Of a DNA stretch of 35,932 nt, positions 1 through 8,486 are shown piece after piece. The position numbers and the translations under genes were made by a program. The notes beneath the pieces are model-generated. The model saw nothing but the letters and a program-made list of their open reading frames with translations, was not told where the DNA came from and did no database searches. Source of the DNA: an uncultured Pseudomonadota bacterium. Lineage in GTDB: Bacteria > Pseudomonadota > Gammaproteobacteria > Methylococcales > Methylomonadaceae. Positions within the stretch are counted from its first letter, which is position 1. Every line of letters begins with the position of its first letter. Location: positions 1 through 35,932 of the forward strand of contig CAIRCR010000481.1 in NCBI GenBank assembly GCA_903877065.1, given 5' to 3'.

Positions 1-3000
1 GAATCTATTTGGCGCACAAGCGTTGTTTTATTGCCATCACCATGCAATGTGAAATGATTGCCTGTGCCAGTAAACCAAGTATCACCACCATCAGAACTGT
101 ATTCCCAACTCGCCCCCGTTTCTAAACCGAAAACAGTGACCGTGCCATCGCTGGTAATTACATCGACGTTGTTTCCCGTGTCATGCGCTAACGTCAAAAC
201 AAGGGTTTGAGCTTGCGTATCCAAAGTGAAATTGATTGCCGAAATATTGCTATTTCCAGCGGAATCGGTTTGTTTGACGATAACTGTTTTATTCCCATCA
301 CCATTTAAAGTAAAACGGCTGTCTGTTCCAGTAATCCAAGTGTCACCGTTATTTGTGCTGTATTGCCACGTTGCACCGCTTTCTAAATTTGCGACAGTGA
401 TTGAGCCATCATGAGTAATGCCGTCATTTTTTTGCCCTGTATCATTTGCCAACGCTAATAATGGAAACGTTGTCACACTGTCTAAAGTGAAATTTAAAAT
501 TGCACTATTAAGATTGATATTGCCTGCACGATCGGTTTGTTTCACTAAAACGGTTTTATTGCCATCATCGAACAAGGTGAAATGATTACCTGCGCCAGTA
601 AACCAAGTATCACCAAAATCGGAACTGTATTGCCAATTTGCATTATTTTCTAAACCAAAGACAATAACCGTTCCGTCGTTGGTAATGTTGTCATCGTTTT
701 TTTGCCCGCTGTCTGTGAACAATTTTAATGTGGCCAAATCGGTTGTGCTGTCGAGTGTAAATAGCAATGGCGAACTATTTGCGCTGAGATTTCCTGTGAC
801 ATCGGTTTGTCTAACGATTAAGTTTTTATTGCCATCGCCTGAAACCGTAAAATTATACCCATTGCCTGTAATCCAATGTATTCCGTCTGAGCTGTATTCC
901 CAAAAAGCCGCGTTTTCAAGCCCCAAAACATTCAACGTGCCATTATTGGTGACATTGTCGCCACTTATCCCCGAATCATTTGCCAAGCTCAATGTCGGCG
1001 GCGCAACTTGTGTATCTAATGTGAACGTGAATAAACGATTAGGGCTAAGATTACCTGCCACATCGGTTTGACGAACAAATACCGATTTATCACCATCACC
1101 CGAAACGTTGAAACTGTTGCCACTGCCCGTTATCCAAGAAATATCGTCGTTGCTAAATTCCCAAGTTGCCGCAGCTTCCAAACCCGAAACGCTAATCTTT
1201 CCATTATTGGTAATGTTGTCGTTGCTTATGCCTGTATCACTCACTAAAGCGAGGTCTGGAATGGTGGTGGTTGTGTCTAAAGTGAAAGTCAAAGCGTTGT
1301 TAGCACTGATATTTCCCGCCACATCGGTTTGTCGTGCAATGACCGTTTTGTTCCCGTCACCGCTTAAAACAAAGTTATTGCCTGTGCCTGTAATCCAGAT
1401 ATTTCCTGCATCAAGGCTGTATTCCCATGTTGCATTATTTTCAATTCCCGATACAAAAATGACACCGCTGTTACTCACACTGCCAACAATTGCAAGTGCA
1501 AGAATCGGTGCTGCAATTGTCGTATCTAAAGTAAAATTAAATGCCGAGCTGTTTGTGCTGAGATTTCCTGCCACATCGGTTTGACGAACCAATATTGAAT
1601 AATTGCCATCACCTGAAAGCGTAAAATTATTGCCGCTTCCCGTTGTCCAGTTTATTGCGTCTGAGCTAAATTCCCACGTTGAACCCACATCCAAACCAGA
1701 AACGTAAAACGTGCCATTGTTCGTAATTTGGTCATTATTTTTAGCGGTGTCCTCGACTAACGAGAGGCTAGGGGTTGCAACGACGTTGTTTAGCGTAAAA
1801 TTTAACGTCCCATCATTGATGCTCGTATTACCTGCCAAATCGGTTTGGCGAACCAGAACGGTTTTATTGCCGTTGCCCGTTAATACAAAATTGTTGCCGC
1901 TACCTGTTGTCCAACTTATACCGTCGGAGCTAAATTCCCAACTCGCACCAGCTTCTAAACCCGACACATTGATTGTGCCGTCATTGGTGACGTTGTCTGT
2001 GTGATTTCCTGAATCATTCGCTAAATTCAGCGTAGGCGATGCAATCAACGTATCTAAGATGAAAGAGAATAATTGATTTGGACTGAGATTTCCCGCCAGA
2101 TCAGATTGACGAACAAACACTGATTGATTGCCATCAACCGCAACAACAAAACTGTTGCCGTTTCCAGTTGCCCAACTTGTGCCGTCGGAGCTAAATTCCC
2201 ACGTCGCGCCCGTTTCTAAACCTGACACATTGATTGCGCCGTGATTGGTGACATTATCGGTGTGATTTCCCGAATCATTGGCTAACGTCAAGACGGGCAA
2301 TGCGACCGAGCCATCTAAAATGAAATTTAACACTGAACTGCTTGCACTGAGATTCCCTGCCAGATCAGTTTGACGAACAAACACCGATTGATTGCCGTCA
2401 CCCGAAACGTTAAAACTGTTGCCGTTGCCCGTTGTCCAATTTGTGCCGTCGGTGCTAAATTCCCAATTTGCGCCCGTTTCTAAATCCGACAGATTTATTG
2501 TGCCGTCATTCGTGATGTTGTCGGTGTGATTTCCAGAATCATTGGCTAACGTTAAAACTGGTGATACGACTGAACTATCTAAAACGAAATTGAACACAGA
2601 ACTGCTTGCACTGAGATTTCCCGACACATCAGTTTGTCGAACAAACACCGATTTGTTGCCATCGCCCGAAACGTTAAAACTGTTGCCACTGCCTGTTGTC
2701 CAACTTGTGCCGTCAAAGCTAAATTCCCAACTCGCCCCCGTTTCTAAACCTGACACATTGATTGTGCCATCATTAGTGACGTTGTCGGTGTGATTTCCTG
2801 AATCATTGGCTAAATTCAGGGTAAGTGGTACAACCAGCGTATCTAATATGAAAGTGTATAATTGATTTAGGCTGAGATTTCCCGCCAGATCAGTTTGACG
2901 AACAAACACCGATTGATTGCCATCGCCCGAAACGTTAAAACTGTTGCCGTTGCCCGTTGTCCAACTTGTGCCGTCAAAGCTAAATTCCCAACTTGCGCCC

Positions 3001-6000
3001 ATTTCTAAATTTGACACATTGATTGTGCCGTCATTCGTGATGTTGTCGGTGTGATTTCCAGAATCATTGGCTAACGTTAAAACTGGTGATACGACTGAAC
3101 TATCTAAAACGAAATTGAACACAGAACTATTTGCACTGACATTTCCTGCCACATCGGTTTGGCGCACAAATACCGATTGATTACCGTCACCCGAAACGTT
3201 AAAACTGTTGCCACTGCCTGTTGTCCAACTTGTGCCGTCAGTGCTAAATTCCCAACTCGCGCCCGTTTCTAAATTTGAAATCTGAAACAAGCCGTTATTT
3301 GTAATGTTATCGCCTGCACTATTTCCCGTGTCCACAGATAAACTAGCGGTTGGAATGATGACATTGGTATCAAGCGTAAAATTTAACGTGTTACTGTTTG
3401 CACTGATATTGCCAAATGAATCGATTTGACGTGCGATAGCGGACTTACTGCCATCACCAGATAAACTAAACGCCGCGCCTGTTCCCGTTGTCCAACTGCT
3501 ACCCTCGTCCGTGCTAAATTCCCACATCGCGCCACTTTCAATGCCCAACACATTCACACCACCATTGTTGGTAATAAGATCGGCACTGTTATTTCCAGTG
3601 TCAGAAAACAACGTCAGCGCAGGAGGTGTAGAAGTGTTGTCTAAAATATAAGTCGGATTATTTGTACTTGTTGGCACCGTGTTTAGCAGTGCATTGTTGG
3701 CACTATCAGTAATGTTTTGTCCGTTTGCCAATGAAAGCGTGACGTTTCCGTTCAATGTCGCTAAATCATCGCCTGAAAGCGTGACATCGTAAGTCGTCGC
3801 GCTAATGGCATCGACACTTACGGTTGCCGTCGTTCCTGTGGCATAAAAATCAGTGGCATCGAGATTTTGCACCGATTCACTAAACGTAATTCGATAAGTG
3901 AGCGTGTCGGCATTTGTGCTTTGATTGCTGGGATTTTGACGAGCAAGGTGACTAATTGTCGGTGATAACGTGTCTATGCTGTAATTGAGTGAATTTGTCC
4001 AGCCAATACCGCTGTTTCCCACACTATCTTGAATGCCCGTGTTGTTTACCGTAATGAGATTATTAAGGCTTTCGACATTCGCCGTTGGTGTGTAAATTGC
4101 CGTCCAAGTCATGCCACCGTCAGTGCTAAGAGGCTCAGTAATAAAGCCATTCATCACGGCGACATCATTTGCCGTAAACCCTGTCACGACTTCAGCAAAT
4201 GTAAATGTAATGGTAGCGGTTTCACCGACATTGATTGCGTAGTCACTGCTGTCGATAACAGAAATTGGCGGACTTTTATTATAAATAATTGTTTTATTAA
4301 CTTGAGTTGCCGCGTTACCGACGACATCAAAAACGTTTGCGCTAATTGTTGTTATGCCATCGATTAAGGCTTGAACTTCACTTGTGGTTAAAATGACATT
4401 CCAAAGATTGTTGCTCACGACTGCCGTTTTTATCAAACCACCGATGTTGACGCTGATTAACTGCCCATTTTCCGCTCCAATTGTCGCGCCGCTGATTGTG
4501 AGGGGATTATTATTATCTTCTTCTACGACATCAATTTTATCGTCACCTGCAACGGTGTCGATGACGATAATCGGTGCTGTTTTATCAATGCTATAACTTT
4601 GCCCCGTTGAAAAACCGCCATTTCCAACACCAGAACCACCTAACGCAATACCAGAGGAGTTTAGAATGCTGTCATTATCATTCAAATCAAGCCTAAGTGT
4701 GCCGTCACCAAAACCTGTGTTAACGCTAATTGTATAAGTCGAACCACTTCCTGAAATGCTCGAAATACTTGCACCTGTTATTCCCGACGTAGTGAAAATA
4801 AAATCACTGGCATCAACTCCTGTTACATTTTCACCGAACGTGACGGTGTAATTGACGGTATTTGCATTTGTGAGAGCCGCTACGCCAGAACTGCGGTTGA
4901 TCGAAGTGACAGATGGGATTGTATTGGATACGAGGGAATGACTATTTACAGTCGTTAAATTGCCAGAAGTCGCGTTAAATACCAGCGTGTCGCCAGAGCC
5001 TGCATTCGTGTATTGCAGTGCTAAACCTGAAAAAGTTGTCGCCCCATTCGATGTGTTTTGCGTTACCGTAATCGCATTGCCATCGGTATCATTAGCACTG
5101 TTTAGCACAATAACACTGCCGTCCACTACGCCATCAATGGGATCTGTGACAGACAACACAATGTTTGTTGCATAATCCGTGTCTAATGTATTTTGTGCGT
5201 CAACAGCTTGCACCGTTGGCACAGTACTAAACGACATGAGATGCCCGCTTTCAATACTCGTCGGTATAGGTTGTGTTAAAAATTGTAATTTTGTGGCAAT
5301 CACATTTGAATCAATCGCAGTGGAAACTCCAGTTGCCAGTCCCGCCGCGTTTGCAAAAAGTTGAAACGATTCATGGTCAGCGGTGGCGTTGTAAATCACG
5401 TTGTTAAAATTCGCAACGCCTGAAGTTTCAACTAATGACACGTTACCCGATAAGTTGCCGCTTGAATTTTCGCTCAATAAAACGGTGTCTGTGAAATTTG
5501 CATCAACATTTCCAGCGGCATCTGTGGCTTTTAAAACGGGCTGAGTGGTTAGTGCAAAACCGCTTAACGACCCTGCGGGTTGTGTATCGAAACGTAATTG
5601 CGTTGCCGTAATATCAACGATTGAACCCGTACCGTTTGTTATCGCAGATTGTGCTAATTGTAATTGAGTGCTACTCGCTAATGCCCCGACGGTTACATCG
5701 CTGTTTGGATTTAACGACAGAATGTAGGTTTGCCCTTCTGTTAAACCTGTGTTGTTATTGTAATAAGCACTAACGGTATACGTTTCTTTTGTTGTGTCAG
5801 CAACAGAAATGCCCAACCCCGAAAAAGTAATTGTATTTGTTCCGCTGTTGTAAATACCTGCAAGCGAACCAGAAATATCTGTGCCACTGAGCAGCCAATT
5901 TACTTTACTAAAATCAGCTGTTCCCGAAGTTGTGAGCCTAATTTGAGATACCGTTGTTGGCAAAATATCCGAAACGCCGTCATCGATGGTGAAATCAAAA

Positions 6001-8162
6001 ATATTAACGCCTGTGCTTGTTGTTGCTGTGGAGCGCAAAGCGATGGGTTCTGTCACTGCCGAACTCGTGGTTATTGCTGTCAAATTTGGAGAAATGCTCG
6101 TGAAGTTGCTCACTTCACTTTCTGCAAAAAGACCGCTTCCCCAACTTGCTTTAGCTCGAACTAATTTGGCACTTTCATTGACAGTTAAAACATAGGTACT
6201 GTTTGCCCCCCCTGCAATATCCGTCCAATTAGTGCCATCAGAAGACTCTTGCCATTGCCAATTTAAATTGGTTAAACCATTACTATCGACCAATAAACCC
6301 GTTGCAGCTGTAAGTGTTTGACCTGTAATGGGTGTACCAGAAATAGACGGGATACCCGTGTGAAAGACATTTCCCCCTGTAATTGAAAAATTAAATGATT
6401 GTCCTGTTAATGTTCCGCCTGCACCATCAGAAACAGTGAATACAAAATTATCTGTGCCACTCAAACCTGTTGTCGGCGTATATTTAATCAAACCACCGTT
6501 AATGTCAGATTGAGTGAACGTATCGCTGACATTTAACGTCACAGCATTTTTCGTCAGTATGCCTTTAGTGGGCAATGTTGATAGTGTGTAAGTTAAAAGC
6601 GTATCTGCTTGTTCGGCATCAATAACTTTTAGTATTGAATTAGTGATTGTCGTAATTGCAGCATTTTGAGCCAAGGTTAAGCCCGTATTTATGCCGCCTG
6701 TGAAAGTTGGCGCGGTATTACTGTTAATTGCTGCAATGGTTGATGCAAGGTCATTGGTTAGCAGTGAGGAATAAACGAAAGTTTTACTCGCACCAACAGC
6801 TAAAGCACCTGCATCGTAGTCGAGGGTAATTGTGTCATTGCCTGAAGAGCTTGTGCCTACGGCTGGAGCAGTCGTGTAGTAAGCAGAAATAAAAGGATTT
6901 AAAGCTGTGTTATTCGTTGTGACAGGAAGTCCCGCTAATATAGAAACGCGAGTATTTTGGTCGGTCGAATAATAACCAAATAACGTCGGATGCCCTGTAA
7001 GGGTTTGATAGGCATCAGGCGTAGGATTTTGAGCAAGAACTAAAGATGCGCTACTGCCTGGTTGTTGGGAAAGAATGGTGTTGACGGTGTTGTAATTAGC
7101 GGTGTAATCGGTTGTATTATCGGGATTGACCATTCTCAGATAACGCGCATCGTCAATGGCTGATGCACCGATATTTTTTAGTGTGACATTTGCCGAATAA
7201 TACAAATCATTGATGCTAAAACTATACGTTATCGTTACTTGCAGATTTGCGTTGTAAATCCCGACATAAGTGGCAGAAAGCGTATTTCCTGTTGATGTGT
7301 CAGTCGATGACACGTTAGTAATTTGATGCAAACTCCCCGTTCCGCCTGGTGTAATTTTGTTGGAGCCGATGTAATGGTTCGCACCCCAAAATGTACCAGC
7401 TCCTTTTGTATAACCTACCGAAAAAGCTTCAAACGGAGTACCTGGTAAAAAAAAGTCTAAATTCGTTGCGTTATTGGCAGCACTAAAACCCGCTGGGTTA
7501 TAAACCATTCCGACTAACGTTTCTGTTTTTCCGACAAAATAGCCAGTGGGCGGAGCTTGACTTGTTCCAAAATTGCCATCGGGTGAAATACCCAATTCAA
7601 AGTTATTGCCTAATAAAAATATATTTCCAGCGGCATCTTTAATTGAACTGGGGGCGGCTAAAAGTCCTTGATAATCGGGAGCTAAGAGAGTGGCACTTTC
7701 TATTTTTCCACTGTGAATCTCTAAATTCCAATCGCCACCTAATGCGTTTGAACCTGTTAAATCATTACTGGCAGCAATATCAGCGTGAGTAAATTTGGCT
7801 AATAAATTAACAAAATCGCTACCTTTTTCGCTTTTAGCAATCTCACAACCATAAAGCAAAATGTCGCCGTTTTTAGACAGCGATTCACCAATTTTTTTCA
7901 ATTGTGGCGCGTAAGTGGAAAGGTTTTGAGTGTTTAGCGTGCCGTTAGAAAAATCTAATTCACCCGTTGAACCGTGTGAAATAATATGAATTGCATCGAG
8001 GTTTTTTTGACTACTGAGTACCGCAACGATTTGGGAAATTGCACTGGTTGTGTTGTTAAGGAAAATAACCTTAGCATTTGAAGGAACATGGTTAATAAAC
8101 GCTTGTTTGTCAGCAATGTTAGAATCAATGAAGACAAACTCTGATGCTTGAAGATCTTGCAT
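1..8162 (-). CDS. Giant secreted repeat protein (adhesin-like), N-terminal ~2,720 codons; the C-terminus lies beyond the left window edge. N->C: DUF4347-like head, beta-rich region, cadherin-like and Ig-like domains, >=14 tandem ~87-aa bacterial Ig-like repeats
   Basis: ATG at 8162-8160 with GGAGG (8171-8167) upstream. Hand translation begins MQDLQASEFVFIDSNIADKQAFINHV...DAIHIISHGSTGELDF...GDILLYGCEIAKSEKG...LGGDWNLEIHSGKIE. Hand translation of 7560-8162, 6411-6722, ~3650-4620 and the repeat region stays in one frame (codon first bases = 2 mod 3). The ORF track lists no minus-strand ORF between 1 and 7954, which only fits a frame that runs open off the edge. Confidence 0.9.
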   Translation of the reverse strand, partial: MQDLQASEFVFIDSNIADKQAFINHVPSNAKVIFLNNTTSAISQIVAVLSSQKNLDAIHIISHGSTGELDFSNGTLNTQNLSTYAPQLKKIGESLSKNGDILLYGCEIAKSEKGSDFVNLLAKFTHADIAASNDLTGSNALGGDWNLEIHSGKIESATLLAPDYQGLLAAPSSIKDAAGNIFLLGNNFELGISPDGNFGTSQAPPTGYFVGKTETLVGMVYNPAGFSAANNATNLDFFLPGTPFEAFSVGYTKGAGTFWGANHYIGSNKITPGGTGSLHQITNVSSTDTSTGNTLSATYVGIYNANLQVTITYSFSINDLYYSANVTLKNIGASAIDDARYLRMVNPDNTTDYTANYNTVNTILSQQPGSSASLVLAQNPTPDAYQTLTGHPTLFGYYSTDQNTRVSILAGLPVTTNNTALNPFISAYYTTAPAVGTSSSGNDTITLDYDAGALAVGASKTFVYSSLLTNDLASTIAAINSNTAPTFTGGINTGLTLAQNAAITTITNSILKVIDAEQADTLLTYTLSTLPTKGILTKNAVTLNVSDTFTQSDINGGLIKYTPTTGLSGTDNFVFTVSDGAGGTLTGQSFNFSITGGNVFHTGIPSISGTPITGQTLTAATGLLVDSNGLTNLNWQWQESSDGTNWTDIAGGANSTYVLTVNESAKLVRAKASWGSGLFAESEVSNFTSISPNLTAITTSSAVTEPIALRSTATTSTGVNIFDFTIDDGVSDILPTTVSQIRLTTSGTADFSKVNWLLSGTDISGSLAGIYNSGTNTITFSGLGISVADTTKETYTVSAYYNNNTGLTEGQTYILSLNPNSDVTVGALASSTQLQLAQSAITNGTGSIVDITATQLRFDTQPAGSLSGFALTTQPVLKATDAAGNVDANFTDTVLLSENSSGNLSGNVSLVETSGVANFNNVIYNATADHESFQLFANAAGLATGVSTAIDSNVIATKLQFLTQPIPTSIESGHLMSFSTVPTVQAVDAQNTLDTDYATNIVLSVTDPIDGVVDGSVIVLNSANDTDGNAITVTQNTSNGATTFSGLALQYTNAGSGDTLVFNATSGNLTTVNSHSLVSNTIPSVTSINRSSGVAALTNANTVNYTVTFGENVTGVDASDFIFTTSGITGASISSISGSGSTYTISVNTGFGDGTLRLDLNDNDSILNSSGIALGGSGVGNGGFSTGQSYSIDKTAPIIVIDTVAGDDKIDVVEEDNNNPLTISGATIGAENGQLISVNIGGLIKTAVVSNNLWNVILTTSEVQALIDGITTISANVFDVVGNAATQVNKTIIYNKSPPISVIDSSDYAINVGETATITFTFAEVVTGFTANDVAVMNGFITEPLSTDGGMTWTAIYTPTANVESLNNLITVNNTGIQDSVGNSGIGWTNSLNYSIDTLSPTISHLARQNPSNQSTNADTLTYRITFSESVQNLDATDFYATGTTATVSVDAISATTYDVTLSGDDLATLNGNVTLSLANGQNITDSANNALLNTVPTSTNNPTYILDNTSTPPALTLFSDTGNNSADLITNNGGVNVLGIESGAMWEFSTDEGSSWTTGTGAAFSLSGDGSKSAIARQIDSFGNISANSNTLNFTLDTNVIIPTASLSVDTGNSAGDNITNNGLFQISNLETGASWEFSTDGTSWTTGSGNSFNVSGDGNQSVFVRQTDVAGNVSANSSVFNFVLDSSVVSPVLTLANDSGNHTDNITNDGTINVSNLEMGASWEFSFDGTSWTTGNGNSFNVSGDGNQSVFVRQTDLAGNLSLNQLYTFILDTLVVPLTLNLANDSGNHTDNVTNDGTINVSGLETGASWEFSFDGTSWTTGSGNSFNVSGDGNKSVFVRQTDVSGNLSASSSVFNFVLDSSVVSPVLTLANDSGNHTDNITNDGTINLSDLETGANWEFSTDGTNWTTGNGNSFNVSGDGNQSVFVRQTDLAGNLSASSSVLNFILDGSVALPVLTLANDSGNHTDNVTNHGAINVSGLETGATWEFSSDGTSWATGNGNSFVVAVDGNQSVFVRQSDLAGNLSPNQLFSFILDTLIASPTLNLANDSGNHTDNVTNDGTINVSGLEAGASWEFSSDGISWTTGSGNNFVLTGNGNKTVLVRQTDLAGNTSINDGTLNFTLNNVVATPSLSLVEDTAKNNDQITNNGTFYVSGLDVGSTWEFSSDAINWTTGSGNNFTLSGDGNYSILVRQTDVAGNLSTNSSAFNFTLDTTIAAPILALAIVGSVSNSGVIFVSGIENNATWEYSLDAGNIWITGTGNNFVLSGDGNKTVIARQTDVAGNISANNALTFTLDTTTTIPDLALVSDTGISNDNITNNGKISVSGLEAAATWEFSNDDISWITGSGNSFNVSGDGDKSVFVRQTDVAGNLSPNRLFTFTLDTQVAPPTLSLANDSGISGDNVTNNGTLNVLGLENAAFWEYSSDGIHWITGNGYNFTVSGDGNKNLIVRQTDVTGNLSANSSPLLFTLDSTTDLATLKLFTDSGQKNDDNITNDGTVIVFGLENNANWQYSSDFGDTWFTGAGNHFTLFDDGNKTVLVKQTDRAGNINLNSAILNFTLDSVTTFPLLALANDTGQKNDGITHDGSITVANLESGATWQYSTNNGDTWITGTDSRFTLNGDGNKTVIVKQTDSAGNSNISAINFTLDTQAQTLVLTLAHDTGNNVDVITSDGTVTVFGLETGASWEYSSDGGDTWFTGTGNHFTLHGDGNKTTLVRQID
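2497..2603 (-). repeat. 107-nt block identical to 3022..3128 (copy 1)
   Basis: Base-by-base comparison: attgtgccgtcattcgtgatg...gaaattgaacacagaact is identical in both copies. The flanking bases differ on both sides. The offset is 525 nt (175 codons, two repeat units). Confidence 0.95.
3022..3128 (-). repeat. 107-nt block identical to 2497..2603 (copy 2)
   Basis: See copy 1. A further near-identical stretch links ~2341-2440 with ~2871-2965 at about the same offset. Confidence 0.95.
6411..6713 (-). other. Cadherin-like / CSPG-type repeat domain inside the giant protein
   Basis: Codon-by-codon translation: APTFTGGINTGLTLAQNAAITTITNSILKVIDAEQADTLLTYTLSTLPTKGILTKNAVTLNVSDTFTQSDINGGLIKYTPTTGLSGTDNFVFTVSDGAGGT. 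The pattern (...FTQ.DIN.G.I.Y......G.D.F.F.VSDG) is typical of bacterial cadherin-like modules. Confidence 0.55.
7683..8141 (-). other. DUF4347-like N-terminal domain of the giant protein (residues ~8-160)
   Basis: Matches the DUF4347 signature as I remember it: VFIDS..., DAIHI(I/V)SHG, LLYGC, (A)D(I/V)AAS.DLTG, GGDW.LE. Confidence 0.75.
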
Positions 8163-8190
8163 ATAACCTCCCAGTCTATGGATAAGTGCC

Positions 8191-8219
8191 ACGAATCGGG
8201 TGGTTGTGTACCGATTCGT
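8191..8219 (-). promoter_or_regulatory. 9-bp perfect stem-loop in the presumed 5' leader of the giant gene
   Basis: ACGAATCGG (8191-8199) and CCGATTCGT (8211-8219) are perfectly complementary with an 11-nt loop, 29-57 nt upstream of the ATG at 8162. Confidence 0.4.
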
Positions 8220-8257
8220 AGAAAATTTTAAAAATTCTATATATCCAAATACGACAT

Positions 8258-8277
8258 CTGAGTTGATTCTAACTCAG
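8258..8277 (-). promoter_or_regulatory. Second stem-loop (7 bp) upstream of the giant gene
   Basis: CTGAGTT (8258-8264) / AACTCAG (8271-8277), 6-nt loop. Confidence 0.3.
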
Positions 8278-8434
8278 TCGAAGAACTAAAACGATTTTGT
8301 TTGGGAATGTCATTGATGAATTGGTATGTCTGGGCTACAAATCCCACGTTTTTAAAAATAAAAACCTTTAAAATGAAAGAGTGGCTACAAAAAAAATGGA
8401 AACCCTTTATTTGAAAATTTACAATAGTGCAGAT

Positions 8435-8461
8435 GCCATTTTTGCGTAAAATGGCTTTTTT
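8435..8461 (+). promoter_or_regulatory. Terminator-shaped hairpin plus T6 run 26 nt upstream of the K+ channel start; candidate attenuator or insulator
   Basis: GCCATTTT (8435-8442), loop tgcgt, AAAATGGC (8448-8455), then TTTTTT (8456-8461). No + strand gene lies upstream for it to terminate. Confidence 0.4.
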
Positions 8462-8486
8462 AATGACAAATTTATAGGAGAAAAAA

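Larger units (their letters stand above)
1..3650 (-). repeat. Coding tandem array of >=14 units of ~248-275 nt (mostly ~262 nt, ~87 aa) encoding bacterial Ig-like repeats; continues past the left edge
   Basis: Unit boundaries (the F.LD codons, e.g. atctaaagtgaa on the + strand) fall near 215, 480, 750, 1012, 1275, 1523, 1790, 2052, 2313, 2575, 2840, 3108, 3368 and 3643. Example unit: LNLANDSGNHTDNVTNDGTINVSGLETGASWEFSFDGTSWTTGSGNSFNVSGDGNKSVFVRQTDVSGNLSASSSVFNFVL. The D.ITN.G / W.(F/Y)S.DG..W / VRQTD.AGN pattern is that of LapA/BapA-class adhesin repeats. Confidence 0.9.

Noticed and set aside
1-3650. A regular ~262-nt periodicity that could superficially suggest a CRISPR-like or satellite array
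   Set aside because: The units are contiguous with no unique spacers, remain in one open reading frame, and translate to a coherent Ig-like domain repeat. This is a coding tandem repeat.
226-6195. Thirteen + strand ORFs of 60-158 aa in the track (e.g. 679-1071, 1108-1584, 4029-4367)
   Set aside because: All are antisense to the giant minus-strand ORF. Their repetitive Leu/Pro/Val/Ser-rich translations mirror the Ig-like repeat codons, and no start signals support them.
7457-7464. A8 (T8 on the coding strand) homopolymer inside the giant gene as a possible slipped-strand phase-variation switch
   Set aside because: Runs of 7-8 A/T occur repeatedly in this AT-rich window (e.g. 8391-8397, 19516-19523), so this one is not exceptional. 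There is no evidence of length variation.
8332-8391. GGCTACAAA repeated 50 nt apart in the 8163-8486 intergenic region
   Set aside because: A single 9-mer recurrence in 324 nt of AT-rich sequence is plausibly chance. There is no symmetry or known motif.
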